Below are positions 18,622 through 28,732 of a stretch of 64,000 nt of DNA, piece by piece; the stretch's first letter is position 1, and every line of letters begins with the position of its first letter. This DNA comes from an uncultured Nitrososphaerota archaeon (GTDB taxonomy: Archaea; Thermoproteota; EX4484-205; JAAOZP01): contig CAYQCW010000009.1 of the NCBI GenBank assembly GCA_964416155.1, forward strand, positions 26,495 to 90,494, given 5' to 3'. The position numbers were made by a program, and so were the translations under genes. Below the pieces are notes generated by a model. It was given only the letters and a program-made list of their open reading frames with translations. It was not told where the DNA came from and did not search any database.

Positions 18622-19590
18622 ATGGATGTTCTAACCATCGGCGAAATGCTTGTTGAATTCATAAGGAAGGGGAGAGATGTACCTCACTACGAGACCGGTG
18701 AGTATGCTGGTCCGTTTCCAAGCGGTGCTCCTGCAATCTTCATAGATGCTGCCTCTAGGCTCGGCTTGAAATCAGCAATAATCGGTGCTGTTGGAAACGA
18801 TGATTTCGGGAGTCTTTTAAGGAAAAGACTGGCTGCTGATAATGTTGACATTACGCATGTGTTTACTCGTGCAGAATACACTACTGGAATAGCCTTCGTA
18901 ACATACTTCTCCGACGGTAGTAGGAGGTTCGTGTTTCACTTAAAGCATTCCGCAGCCGCCAGGATTAAGCCGGAGGACGTGGACGAGGATTTCGTGAAAA
19001 TGTTCAAGGTTCTGCACATCATGGGCTCCACGCTCTCCATGGGAGAGGAAATCAGGGAATCCTGCTACAGGGCTGTTGAAATAGCGAATAGGGCGGGCAT
19101 AATCGTTACTTACGATCCGAACCTTAGGGCTGAGCTGATAGAGCCCTGCATGATAAGTAAAATATCGAAAAAAGTTTTGGAGGCTGCTGAAATCGTAATG
19201 CCTTCTAAGACTGAACTGTTCGACCTAACTGGGAAGAGAAATCTCGAGGAGGCTTCAAAGGAGATATTCAAGTATGGAGCGAAACTATTGATAGTGAAAA
19301 TCGGCGAGAAGGGCTCCATAGGTATAAGTAGACAGGAGACTGTTTTCGAGCCAGCCTACATCGTTCCAGAGGTTGACCCCACCGGGGCCGGGGATGCTTT
19401 CGATGCTGCAGCAGTATACGGCTATTTAAAGAAATGGGGGCTTAGAGAAATTCTTGAATTCGCCAATGTCGCTGGTGCACTGAAAGTTACTAGAATGGGG
19501 CCGATGGAGGTTCCAGAGGGCGTTTCAGAGGTCGAACATCTAATGAAAACATGTGGGAAAAGGGAGGTTGAAAGCGTTTTTCAGGATTAG
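18622..19590 (+). CDS. PfkB-family sugar kinase
   Basis: GAPAIF, GAVGNDDFG, YDPNLR, VDPTGAGDAF. Confidence 0.93.
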   Translation: MDVLTIGEMLVEFIRKGRDVPHYETGEYAGPFPSGAPAIFIDAASRLGLKSAIIGAVGNDDFGSLLRKRLAADNVDITHVFTRAEYTTGIAFVTYFSDGSRRFVFHLKHSAAARIKPEDVDEDFVKMFKVLHIMGSTLSMGEEIRESCYRAVEIANRAGIIVTYDPNLRAELIEPCMISKISKKVLEAAEIVMPSKTELFDLTGKRNLEEASKEIFKYGAKLLIVKIGEKGSIGISRQETVFEPAYIVPEVDPTGAGDAFDAAAVYGYLKKWGLREILEFANVAGALKVTRMGPMEVPEGVSEVEHLMKTCGKREVESVFQD

Positions 19591-19732
19591 GTGGTTCACC
19601 TTAGGATAGAACTAAGCCATGTAAGTCCCCCTCTTGAATCCGGTTTGCCACACGGGAACTGCAGCAGTCCTCTCTTATGTTGAGAAAATTTCAACCGTAG
19701 ATTTTTAAAATAGAAGACTCTTTTCCCAGAGG

Positions 19733-20368
19733 ATGATAATTAGGAAGTTTGTAGTAGGCCGGTTGCAAACCAATTGTTACTTGCTTGTTTGTCCGGAAAC
19801 ACGGCAAGCCATCGTGATAGATCCGGGGTTTGCTGACGAGACCGAGGTTCAGATCATCCTTGGCGAAGCAGAGAAATATGATGCAGATATTAAGTATATT
19901 GTCAATACGCATTGGCATCCTGACCATACTTCTGGAGACGAATGGTTGAAGAGGGAAACCGGCGCGTTAGTTTTAATACATAAGGACGATGCACCCATGC
20001 TGATAGCCATACGGGAAGTCGAGACGTTGTTCGGCATTCAAGTTAAACCCATTACGCCTGATGCAACTTTAACCGATGGAAGCACGTTAGCTTTCGGGAA
20101 GACTGGTCTTAGGGTTATGCATACGCCCGGCCATACCGAGGGAAGCATATCGTTGCTCAACCAGCTCGCCATCTTTACGGGAGATACTCTTTTCGCGGGT
20201 TCAGTTGGAAGGACTGACCTGCCCGGTGGCTCGTTCGATAAACTCATGGGCTCGATATGGAGAAGGCTAATGATCCTTCCCGGTGAAACCAAGATATATC
20301 CGGGCCACGGCCCATCCTCAACGATTGCAAGGGAAAAGAAGACGAACCCGTTTTTAACATCGATGTAG
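19733..20368 (+). CDS. MBL-fold metallo-hydrolase (glyoxalase II-like)
   Basis: THWHPDH, HTPGHT, FTGDTLF, GRTDLPGG, YPGHG. Confidence 0.93.
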   Translation: MIIRKFVVGRLQTNCYLLVCPETRQAIVIDPGFADETEVQIILGEAEKYDADIKYIVNTHWHPDHTSGDEWLKRETGALVLIHKDDAPMLIAIREVETLFGIQVKPITPDATLTDGSTLAFGKTGLRVMHTPGHTEGSISLLNQLAIFTGDTLFAGSVGRTDLPGGSFDKLMGSIWRRLMILPGETKIYPGHGPSSTIAREKKTNPFLTSM

Positions 20369-20426
20369 CGGGTTTGCTAGAAATCCAAGGGAATCTAAAG
20401 TTTTGTTTTCTCATTTTTCTTGTGAG

Positions 20427-21236
20427 TTACATCCACCATCTTTTAAGAGCCTCAAGTAAATCGTTCTCCTCGATCTTAATCGTCCTAGTATCGATCTTTT
20501 TCACACCCGACCTTTTGGATAACGCTTCGGCGGAACTCTTGTTTTCTTCCGTAAACTCGACCATCAACTCCACTGGCTTCCCCACTTTAAATGGCTTTAT
20601 ACTGCTCACCTTTGTCATCGCGTTTTTCGCACCCTCCTTGATCATCATCCTCGCCTTAACCGGCGTTACGCTTATCGCCGCCCCGTGACTTAACCCCTCT
20701 TTTACGGCTACTGTTTCCAACCCGGGTATTAGTGATTCCGCCTCTAGGCATGCTGCCTTATCTCCTGTGACTAAAACCAGTGGAACGTCGAAATACCCTG
20801 CTACGGCAGCAACTATCGCTATCTCGCCCACTTTAATCCCGTTTATCCAAACGTTTTGAATAGCGATATGACTCTCAGTGTGACTCAAGTGCGCATTCTC
20901 CACACCGGCCATAGCGTGCTGCCCGATTATGAAGGCCGCTTCAAAACCTTTCTCCAAGCCCCATGGTAGTAGAAGGGGCCTGCCTGCAAGAAGCTTAGCC
21001 TCGGGGTTTAACTCTTCTATGTTTATCCCGCCGGCTCCGTGGCCGTCTACTACGAGTACTTCCCTCACTCCCTGCTCTAACGCTCCTTCAATAGCAGCAT
21101 TAACCTCTTGGGTCAAGAGTTTTCTCGAGAGATCGTACCATCTGCCCTTGGGACTAGAATGCTCGTCGAAGCTGAAAACCCCTGCAACTCCCTCAAGATC
21201 CGTCATGATCCATAATTTCATCCTATTCTTCACCAT
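20427..21236 (-). CDS. Peptidase M55 (D-aminopeptidase DppA-like)
   Basis: TDLEGVAG, EVNAAIEG, VDGHG, GQHA, LSHT, GE, VTGD, AVKEG. Confidence 0.92.
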   Translation of the reverse strand: MVKNRMKLWIMTDLEGVAGVFSFDEHSSPKGRWYDLSRKLLTQEVNAAIEGALEQGVREVLVVDGHGAGGINIEELNPEAKLLAGRPLLLPWGLEKGFEAAFIIGQHAMAGVENAHLSHTESHIAIQNVWINGIKVGEIAIVAAVAGYFDVPLVLVTGDKAACLEAESLIPGLETVAVKEGLSHGAAISVTPVKARMMIKEGAKNAMTKVSSIKPFKVGKPVELMVEFTEENKSSAEALSKRSGVKKIDTRTIKIEENDLLEALKRWWM

Positions 21237-21331
21237 TTGCTAACAGCTGAGCGAAATAATTAACTTTTTACCAGATGTTTCTCGGATTAAGTATCTATCC
21301 TCGTTGAAGCCTGAAGCTTATACCCTGTGCC

Positions 21332-22387
21332 CTATAGGACGTTAGAGGTTTCACTCAGCCATTTAACCATAAATTCATATGATTTTCTTCCACTTATCTC
21401 GTGTCTCCCCTCGAAAAAGTCTGCGTCCAGTCTATCCTCAGCTTTCAGCAAGGCATAGGTCCTGCGTACTTGCTCATAGGCGTATTTCGTAGCCTCTATC
21501 GGGAATATCGGATCCTTAGAACCGCTTTCTACGAGCAAAGGCCTAGGTGCGATTAGAGCTGCTACATCATACATCTCGCCATACCTAAGTATTCCCGGCA
21601 CATAGTTGTCTATGCAGTGGTCCATTGCCAGTATACTGCTTCTGAAAGTGTTCAGGTAACCGCTTATCACTACAACTCTGATCCTGTCGTCTAGTGCTAC
21701 TGTGAAAAGCGTCGTTGTCCCGCCCCCAGATATTCCCATCATGCCTATCCTTGAATAGTCAACATCATCTCTAGTAAAAAGGTAATCCACCACCCTCATA
21801 GCATCCCATACTCTTCGACCTATAGTCGTCGTCCCCATCATCAACGCCCATAGGGAAAGCAGTTTACATGAGCTCTGCTCACTTCCCCTTTCAATATCTT
21901 CCTTAGTTCTGCGTTCTCCAAAACCACTTTGCTCCGGGACTATTACAAGCAGCCCACGTTTAACCAGTTCAAGTGCGAAATCCTTCTGGTAACCTTTAGA
22001 TGAAGGATTTACACGGTCGGTTCCATCCTCCCAAATGCCGACTAGGTCATTCTTGCCGTAACCGTGTCCATGCATAGCCACTACGGCGGGTAGGGGTTTA
22101 CCACACTCCTCCGGAACCAGGACGTATAGAGGTATTAGCGTATAGGGGTTGCTCCTCAGGATTACTTTTTCCCTAACATAGCCCGGGTAATGCTTCTCCT
22201 CCACTGTTTCTGAAGAAATCTCTGAGTATTCGAAAAAATCAAGCCCGATGAGTTCAGTAAGCTTCCTCCTGAAGCCTAGACGCCAAGACTTCCACTCTGA
22301 AATATCTTTAACATTGAAGGAGAAAATCCTATTATCTTTTTCATACTTTTCTAAAAATATTTTTAAAGGATCATAATCTGCCTTCAT
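21332..22387 (-). CDS. Alpha/beta hydrolase (acetylxylan esterase/dienelactone hydrolase-like)
   Basis: PAVVAMHGHG, GFGER, RIGMMGISGGG, HCIDNYVPG, LIAPRPL, GRH. Start 22387 chosen from the TATA position. Confidence 0.88.
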   Translation of the reverse strand: MKADYDPLKIFLEKYEKDNRIFSFNVKDISEWKSWRLGFRRKLTELIGLDFFEYSEISSETVEEKHYPGYVREKVILRSNPYTLIPLYVLVPEECGKPLPAVVAMHGHGYGKNDLVGIWEDGTDRVNPSSKGYQKDFALELVKRGLLVIVPEQSGFGERRTKEDIERGSEQSSCKLLSLWALMMGTTTIGRRVWDAMRVVDYLFTRDDVDYSRIGMMGISGGGTTTLFTVALDDRIRVVVISGYLNTFRSSILAMDHCIDNYVPGILRYGEMYDVAALIAPRPLLVESGSKDPIFPIEATKYAYEQVRRTYALLKAEDRLDADFFEGRHEISGRKSYEFMVKWLSETSNVL

Positions 22388-22482
22388 AGTTATGGAGGCT
22401 GCCTGCTGTTTAATAAATATTTTTGGGGGTGGAAGTCTGATCACGATCCTTTAAAAAATATAATGGGAGATTCGAATATTTT

Positions 22483-23970
22483 CTACTGAAGGATATCCCA
22501 AATAGGCTTTGAATGCTTTTCCCCTCCTAAGATTATCGGTGCTACGCCAGTTATTTCGCAGAAGTACTTCAATTCTTGAACACGGTCTCCAGCGACGGCA
22601 TGAATATGGTTGGCTGGAAACATTTCCACGAACTCTTCATAAGAGCATTTCAACCTGGCGTGTACGTGAGGCCACGTGGGGTCGGTTTCCTCGTTTATCC
22701 TCCGCCTCGTTTCCCAGTCGAGCTCTATGCTTTCACCCTTAACTATGATCATGTAAATCTTGTCGTTGAATAAGCCTAGTCTGGCGAAGGTTAGCTCACC
22801 TGGGCCGGCGTCGAACGAGACGGAGGCGCCTCCCGCCTTAAAGTAGAGTTCTAACGCAGGGTGGAGTGTAACCTTTCTCAGGTTATCCCTCGGGTTGAAA
22901 CTTCTTGAAGCATACCAGCTTGCATGGTTACCCGAGTTGCAGAAATCCCACACGTTTAAGTCAGGATGGTAGAGCCGAACATCCATAAAGAGGACAGGCA
23001 ACCCGCCGCTAACATACTTCAGTATCTGCATGGTTAATGCGGCGAAAGAATCTGCTTCAGTGGCGCAGACAGTCGGCTCCTTCAGCCCGTTCCAGTCATA
23101 CGGGTCGTTAAGCAGCATTTCGGCGACGTCAGGTATCACCACGTGTTCGGAAAGCTCCCTCTGGCCCTTTATGCCGCAGAAGTCGAACCCCATCTCCTCG
23201 TTTATCCTCCTGACTGCAAGATACATTCTTACCTGCTTCCCGAGTGTTTCTCTCGTAAGCATTTTACCGTCGTACTTTATTTCCCCCATCATCTCCTCCA
23301 TCCATCTCAAGCCTTCCTCCACATCCCGGTCATCTATCTCTTTCATTTTCTCAACTAGGAGCAGCTGGTCAACCTGGCTTACAGTGGTTCCGAAAAACCT
23401 CTGTATTGGGACTAGGTGGAAAAAGCCTGTCTCCATTCCCATCGAATGCCCGCCGTACATGCCGTAAACCTCATTCCTAATGTTTGTTGCAGCCATTGCC
23501 GCCATAACCCATTTCTTCACCTTCTCCTTAACCGCAGGGTCGTCAGGATCCCCGACAATCCTATGTGTCCTGAAACCCGCCTGCCTCAGCGCACCATCCG
23601 TAGCGAGCAGGCCAACGTTTCCCGGATACTTGCCCTCGTTGTTCGAAAGGCTGAGTATCGGCTTATCCTTCCCCAGAGTGTTAACGAAAGGCCAAACCAG
23701 GTATGGGAAATCCCAGACGTTGTAGACCAGAATTACCTGCCTAACCCCCTTGCTTAGAAATTCCTCTCCAACCCTTCTGGCGGAATTTATCGAGTTTATG
23801 AGTTCTGACGAAACTACGGTCTCCGGGGAACCACCGTCTGAAAACCTTATCGAATCCCTGATGAACCGGCTCCAGTTTTCAACAACCCTGTAACATTTCT
23901 CATAGTAGTTTGGGTAAACATGTTTCCGCTCGTCGAGAAGCATTGTCAAACCTATTTTAGTGCTCTTCAT
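22483..23970 (-). CDS. fucI: L-fucose/D-arabinose isomerase family protein
   Basis: GGHSMGM, GIKGQRELS, DVAEMLLNDPYDWNG, ATEAD, FMDVR, TWPH, ANHIH. Confidence 0.88.
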   Translation of the reverse strand: MKSTKIGLTMLLDERKHVYPNYYEKCYRVVENWSRFIRDSIRFSDGGSPETVVSSELINSINSARRVGEEFLSKGVRQVILVYNVWDFPYLVWPFVNTLGKDKPILSLSNNEGKYPGNVGLLATDGALRQAGFRTHRIVGDPDDPAVKEKVKKWVMAAMAATNIRNEVYGMYGGHSMGMETGFFHLVPIQRFFGTTVSQVDQLLLVEKMKEIDDRDVEEGLRWMEEMMGEIKYDGKMLTRETLGKQVRMYLAVRRINEEMGFDFCGIKGQRELSEHVVIPDVAEMLLNDPYDWNGLKEPTVCATEADSFAALTMQILKYVSGGLPVLFMDVRLYHPDLNVWDFCNSGNHASWYASRSFNPRDNLRKVTLHPALELYFKAGGASVSFDAGPGELTFARLGLFNDKIYMIIVKGESIELDWETRRRINEETDPTWPHVHARLKCSYEEFVEMFPANHIHAVAGDRVQELKYFCEITGVAPIILGGEKHSKPIWDILQ

Positions 23971-24076
23971 TTCCCATCGAACAGATTCAGCTTTCCGCTT
24001 CTATTAACTTTTTCTGCTCGAGGCCGCAGGCACACGCCGTGGAACGACGGCTCAGGCGGGTTGGATGATAAACTTG

Positions 24077-25162
24077 CTATAGGCGTGTTTCACACTGTTC
24101 CCTTAAAAATTCATCCTCGAACAGCTTAAGCCTGAGCGGCAGTGGCTCCTGCCATCCTTTTTTGAAGGCAAAGCCCGCGGTAATCCAGAGCTCGCCGGGG
24201 CGACGCTCAAACACATAGGGGTAGCTTAACTGCCCGCCCCTCTGCCTTGCAATAACCACAGGCTTAGTCCAGTTTTCACCATCATCCTCTGAAAAGGCTA
24301 TTGAGAGCTCCTCCCTGTGCCAGGACGTGGGTCTTTCTGAAGCCGGTCCTGGTTTAGCCTCATCCCATACTCTTCCCTCAGGGTTTAAACGGTTCCACAC
24401 GAGGACTAGACGGCTACTCCTCAGCCTCAGAAGGCATCCCGGGGAATTGCTGGCGTCTATCCGGCTGGGCTTAATGATCCGCCAGTATTCTCCCCCGTCC
24501 TCTGAGAAAGCCTGCCAGAAGCGGTCAAGAGTTGTTCTCATAAGCATGAGTAAGCGTCCGTCGCTCAACTCCGCTACAGTAGGCTCCATCGCTCCATCGT
24601 GGTGGCCATGTCCACCCAGGTCGATGAAGTTGCTCCTCCGCCATGTTTTCCCATCGTCATCTGAAACTAGGGAGCAGGCTACGAAGCGTCCGGGGTTTCT
24701 GGCTAAATGTTCAACCGTGGCGACGATCCTGCCGCTCCTAGTCTGGATGAATCCGAAGAAATTAGCATTATAACCGTTTAAAAGCATCTGCTTGTCAACC
24801 CACGTCTTGCCACCGTCCTGGCTGCGGGCTGCCCAAATTTCAAGCCGGCAGTCGTCCCCAGGTTCGCTTTTTTCATCATCCCAGCTAAACCTGTAAGTTG
24901 TGAAATCCAAGTAAACAGTTACAATAGTCCTGCTCCTCGTCTGCAGGATATAGTATGAGCCGGGTTCCTCGCTCTTTACCCCTGGAAGGATGGATAAAGG
25001 CGGAGACCACGTTCTCCCCTCGTCCCTGCTTGTCTTTAACCCCTCATTATCCATAGTCATTAAAGTGTTGTCGTCGATGGTGTTAAAGGGGCCGTTTCTA
25101 CTTGCTTCAAGCGGGTGGCAAAGCGGATGAACCCACCGCCCATTTCCAGAAGAACCGTTCAT
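24077..25162 (-). CDS. BNR/Asp-box beta-propeller, sialidase-family protein
   Basis: Five Asp boxes (SRDEGRTW, SQDGGKTW, SDDDGKTW, SEDGGEYW, SEDDGENW), MEPTV, MR, SYP. ATGA overlap with the upstream gene. Confidence 0.88.
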   Translation of the reverse strand: MNGSSGNGRWVHPLCHPLEASRNGPFNTIDDNTLMTMDNEGLKTSRDEGRTWSPPLSILPGVKSEEPGSYYILQTRSRTIVTVYLDFTTYRFSWDDEKSEPGDDCRLEIWAARSQDGGKTWVDKQMLLNGYNANFFGFIQTRSGRIVATVEHLARNPGRFVACSLVSDDDGKTWRRSNFIDLGGHGHHDGAMEPTVAELSDGRLLMLMRTTLDRFWQAFSEDGGEYWRIIKPSRIDASNSPGCLLRLRSSRLVLVWNRLNPEGRVWDEAKPGPASERPTSWHREELSIAFSEDDGENWTKPVVIARQRGGQLSYPYVFERRPGELWITAGFAFKKGWQEPLPLRLKLFEDEFLREQCETRL

Positions 25163-26358
25163 TCCCCGCTGCACTCTTCGAAGCGGATTGCTCTTCTCGG
25201 ACATATGGATAGGCAGAGGCCGCAGTTGTCGCATTTCTCCTGATCCGGTTCTGGAATGCTCGCAGCGTTTTCAGCGTTTAAAGCACCATAGGGGCAGACC
25301 CTAATGCAGACACCGCACTTGACGCATTCCTCAGCATCTATACACAGCCGGAATCGTTTTCTTCTTTCAAGCTTCTCTAAAGACACGATCCTACTTAAAG
25401 TGATCCCGGAGAAATCAGCTATGCTCCGAAAGCTTTTGCTGATCATCCATTTCTCGATGCCATCTATTATTTCCGGAATGATCTTTAACCCGTTTATCAT
25501 GATTGCCGTGCAGATTTGAACCGCTGACGCGCCTACGAGAATATGCTGCACAGCGTCCTCCCATTTTGAAACTCCGCCGGAGCCTATTATTGGTACGCCC
25601 AGCTTCTCCATAGCTATGTGTGCAGTCCAGCCGACGCTGACGGGTGTTTGCCAAGGCCCACCGTATCCTCCGAAGCCCCCCCAGGCGGCTGGCTGCATGG
25701 TCTCCAGGTCGACGATTAAGCCTTGAAACCTGGCTGTTGAAACAAGAGCGCTTACTCCTGAGGAAACCATGATCCTCGCTAATTCAACCGGGTTCGCACC
25801 CTGGGGTGTCAACTTGCCTATTATGGGTAGTGACGTGGCTCGCCTAACCGTCTTGACTACTTCTGAAACCTTCTCGGGGCTGGAGGATACGGCTCTCCCC
25901 ATTAACCCTTCCTTCTCCAAATGTGGACATGAAAGGTTGAGCTCAACCATGTCTGCACCGGCTTCCTCAACAAGCCTGGCCAGTTTCTCCCATTCCTCAA
26001 ACGTTCTGCCAGCAATGCTAGCTATTATCACGCCCCTATAAGCCTTACCCTCTTTCTTTGCTTCCCTGATTTGCCTGAGCCAGAGTTCAGGTCTATACTC
26101 TGACATCAGGTCTATAGAGTAGAAAGAGTAAAACCTGTTTCTTAAAGCATCCGCTGGGTTGACTACGAGCATTCTCGGCTTAGGCTGAACCTGCTGCATC
26201 ACGTCGTAAGTTATGGTTTTAGTAACGGCTCCCGCGGCACCAGCCCTTATACATTTTAAAACGTGTTCTGAGGAAAGAGTAGGAGGCCCGGAGGCCACTA
26301 TCAGAGGGTTCTTAAACTCCACCCCGGATATGTTGACGGACAGGTCTATTTCAACCAT
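25159..26358 (-). CDS. Dihydropyrimidine/dihydroorotate dehydrogenase-like FMN protein with C-terminal 2x[4Fe-4S] (PreA-like)
   Basis: NPLIVASGP, GAVTKT, ELNLSCPH, KLTP, IIGSGGV, GASAVQICT, and two CxxCxxCxxxCP motifs. Confidence 0.88.
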   Translation of the reverse strand: MVEIDLSVNISGVEFKNPLIVASGPPTLSSEHVLKCIRAGAAGAVTKTITYDVMQQVQPKPRMLVVNPADALRNRFYSFYSIDLMSEYRPELWLRQIREAKKEGKAYRGVIIASIAGRTFEEWEKLARLVEEAGADMVELNLSCPHLEKEGLMGRAVSSSPEKVSEVVKTVRRATSLPIIGKLTPQGANPVELARIMVSSGVSALVSTARFQGLIVDLETMQPAAWGGFGGYGGPWQTPVSVGWTAHIAMEKLGVPIIGSGGVSKWEDAVQHILVGASAVQICTAIMINGLKIIPEIIDGIEKWMISKSFRSIADFSGITLSRIVSLEKLERRKRFRLCIDAEECVKCGVCIRVCPYGALNAENAASIPEPDQEKCDNCGLCLSICPRRAIRFEECSGE

Positions 26359-26362
26359 TTCC

Positions 26363-27298
26363 CTAGAGTAGCTTCAGGCTTTTCAAAGCCTGCTTTATGG
26401 CTTCCTTCTCCTTCTCTGACACTGGCTGCAAAGGCGGTCTAACGTACGATGTTTTCAACACTCCCATCATTACAAGAGCCTCCTTGAGACGCACCCTGTA
26501 GTCTCTAACTGGCTGTGCGAAAATCGCTTCCTCCAAGGGTATAAGCTCCTCCCATATTTCCCTAGCCTCGGTCAGCCTGCCTTTAGCAAACAAGTTGAAC
26601 ATTTCAACCTGCTGTTCCACGGCTATTGTCCCGAAGCCCAGTAACCCGCCTTCCGCGCCAAGCACCAGGGACTCGTATATGAAGTTATCATTCCCCGTGA
26701 GGATCATTATCTTCCTGCCTGCTTTCTTCAAAGTGTGAGCGACGTTAACGAATTTCCTAGCATCGAAGGAAGCCTCCTTAATCGCTATAACGTTCTTAAT
26801 ACTGGCGAGTCTTAACAGTGTTTCAGGCGTGAAGTCTACGCCGCCTAAAGCTTGTTGAAGCTGGAACAGGATCATTGGTAAACCGACTTTCTCAGATATC
26901 TCGGAGTGATAGTTGTAGATTACGCTGTCGTTCGGCTCGCCCGCGAACGCTGGATGCGGGAAAACGAGCAGTCCGTCTGCACCCGCCTCCTTAGCTTCCA
27001 ACCCGAGTCTCACCGCCTCCATAGTGTTTCTGGCATGTAGCCCGGCGATTACAGGTATCCTTCCAGCTACAATCTTAGAGAAGACTTTCAGAATGTTTAC
27101 CCGCTCCTCAGGGTAAAGGTGAGGCCCCTCGCCCGTGTCAACGTTGACCGCAACCCCCCCGACGCCGTGTTTCACCAGCCACCTTACGTAATCTTCAAGC
27201 TGCTCATAGTCAACCTCGAAATCCTTCGTCATAGGTGTTAGAGTCGCTGGGATCAGACAGTAGTTTCTCAAAGGGTTCTGAGCCTGAATCCTAGTCAT
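26363..27298 (-). CDS. DHDPS/N-acetylneuraminate lyase-family class I aldolase
   Basis: TPM...VDYE, DTGEG..L..EER, PVIAG, GADGLL, Schiff-base Lys in IKEAS, TGND, VRPPL. Confidence 0.9.
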   Translation of the reverse strand: MTRIQAQNPLRNYCLIPATLTPMTKDFEVDYEQLEDYVRWLVKHGVGGVAVNVDTGEGPHLYPEERVNILKVFSKIVAGRIPVIAGLHARNTMEAVRLGLEAKEAGADGLLVFPHPAFAGEPNDSVIYNYHSEISEKVGLPMILFQLQQALGGVDFTPETLLRLASIKNVIAIKEASFDARKFVNVAHTLKKAGRKIMILTGNDNFIYESLVLGAEGGLLGFGTIAVEQQVEMFNLFAKGRLTEAREIWEELIPLEEAIFAQPVRDYRVRLKEALVMMGVLKTSYVRPPLQPVSEKEKEAIKQALKSLKLL

Positions 27299-27399
27299 GA
27301 CGAGGGACGGGTAACAAGCCATATTAAACATTTTCTAGTCGTAAACATGCTTTTTAAAGCAACCGCATAACGCTGCGTTGACGGTTCCTCGCGTATTGC

Positions 27400-28533
27400 T
27401 TAAGAGATTCCAAGCTTCTCGTTTATTTCTTTCTGATATTCTTCAATCCGGAGTTCCTCCACGTCTCTGATGCTAACGGGGTTTTTAAGAAAGACCGATT
27501 CGTAAAATCCTAAGGGTATTGCCATATCCCTGTAGGCCTCGAGGCCATCAACCTCCGGGGGCCGATGGTTCACAACAGAGTCGTAAAAATCGTAGAGTTC
27601 CGTGGCAACAGTGTCAGTAATACCCTTCGGGAACCATTTTGCTTTTTCTTCAGGCCGGAGGCTTTCAAACATTCTACTTACAAGCGTGTTCATGCTTTGG
27701 GTTTCAATCAAGTTTTCTCTCTGGATGAAAAGACCATCGTTTCCCACCGCACCTTTAGAACCATATATCATCCTTAGGTTTATAGCCTTTCCTGGAGCCA
27801 CTCTTGTCCATAGCCATTGCGCATAAACCTCTCCATCGTAGATGACTATGGCCATCGTCATGTCATCAACAGTAACTTTAACCCCCTCTCGAACGGGTTC
27901 AAAGGTCTTTTGGACAGCATATACTTCTACTGCTTCTTTTCTAATCTGGTACCTATCTATATCTGCTAGGTGGACTCCGCCGTCGAAAACCCAGCTTCCC
28001 CCTGCAGCATACTTATCCTCCCTCCAGCCCCAGGCCCCGGGGTTCCACCCAGCAGAGGACCAGACGATCATCCTCGGCTCACCTATCAATCCCTGCTCCA
28101 GAGCCCAGCGAATCGCCCTGTTCTCAGGGCTCCGCCTATAGTTCTCGGCAACAGCAAGCACCCTATTATTCTTTCTCGCTTTCTCCAAGATAATCCTCGC
28201 AGCCCTCATTGTTATTCCCAGTGGCTTCTCTATGATGACGTCCAGCCCTTGTTCAAGACAGATGTTTGCCACCGTGTGGTGCACGTTGTGAGGCAGAGCT
28301 ATGTCTACAGCGTCGAGGCTTTCGTGTCTTAACATTTCTTCAACATTCGTGTAAACCCTTGGCTCCGAGTCTTGGAACTCTGCAACCAGCTTAGCCTTCT
28401 CTTTTGCGAAAGACTCCTTAACGTCGCAAACAGCCTTCACTTCAAAAACCCTTAGCCCTCTCGAATGCAACTGTCTAAGCCCGTTTACGTGTGCCCCCAT
28501 CATGCCTCCACAACCAATTAAAGAAATGTTCAT
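27400..28533 (-). CDS. Gfo/Idh/MocA oxidoreductase
   Basis: IGCGGM, DAVDIALPHNVH, IIEKPL, AENYR, DGGVH. Confidence 0.92.
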   Translation of the reverse strand: MNISLIGCGGMMGAHVNGLRQLHSRGLRVFEVKAVCDVKESFAKEKAKLVAEFQDSEPRVYTNVEEMLRHESLDAVDIALPHNVHHTVANICLEQGLDVIIEKPLGITMRAARIILEKARKNNRVLAVAENYRRSPENRAIRWALEQGLIGEPRMIVWSSAGWNPGAWGWREDKYAAGGSWVFDGGVHLADIDRYQIRKEAVEVYAVQKTFEPVREGVKVTVDDMTMAIVIYDGEVYAQWLWTRVAPGKAINLRMIYGSKGAVGNDGLFIQRENLIETQSMNTLVSRMFESLRPEEKAKWFPKGITDTVATELYDFYDSVVNHRPPEVDGLEAYRDMAIPLGFYESVFLKNPVSIRDVEELRIEEYQKEINEKLGIS

Positions 28534-28732
28534 TTTCTCCAACTTATTGCACCGTTGAGGGGGCTTCAAACAAGTATAAAAATCTTACATTTTCAAAGAT
28601 TGCAAACCTTTCCGTTGACCTCCATCTGAAACTCGTAGGGCTTGAACCGACTTTTTTAGAGATGCCTGGAAACGCTAGGCCCTCTAAGCGAAAGATTTAT
28701 CAAGAAGAAGCTTATGCCAGCCTTGAAGAAAC

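Noticed and set aside
28630-28650. GGTTCAAGCCC on the minus strand, resembling a tRNA T-loop
   Set aside because: No T-stem, acceptor stem or anticodon arm can be folded around it.
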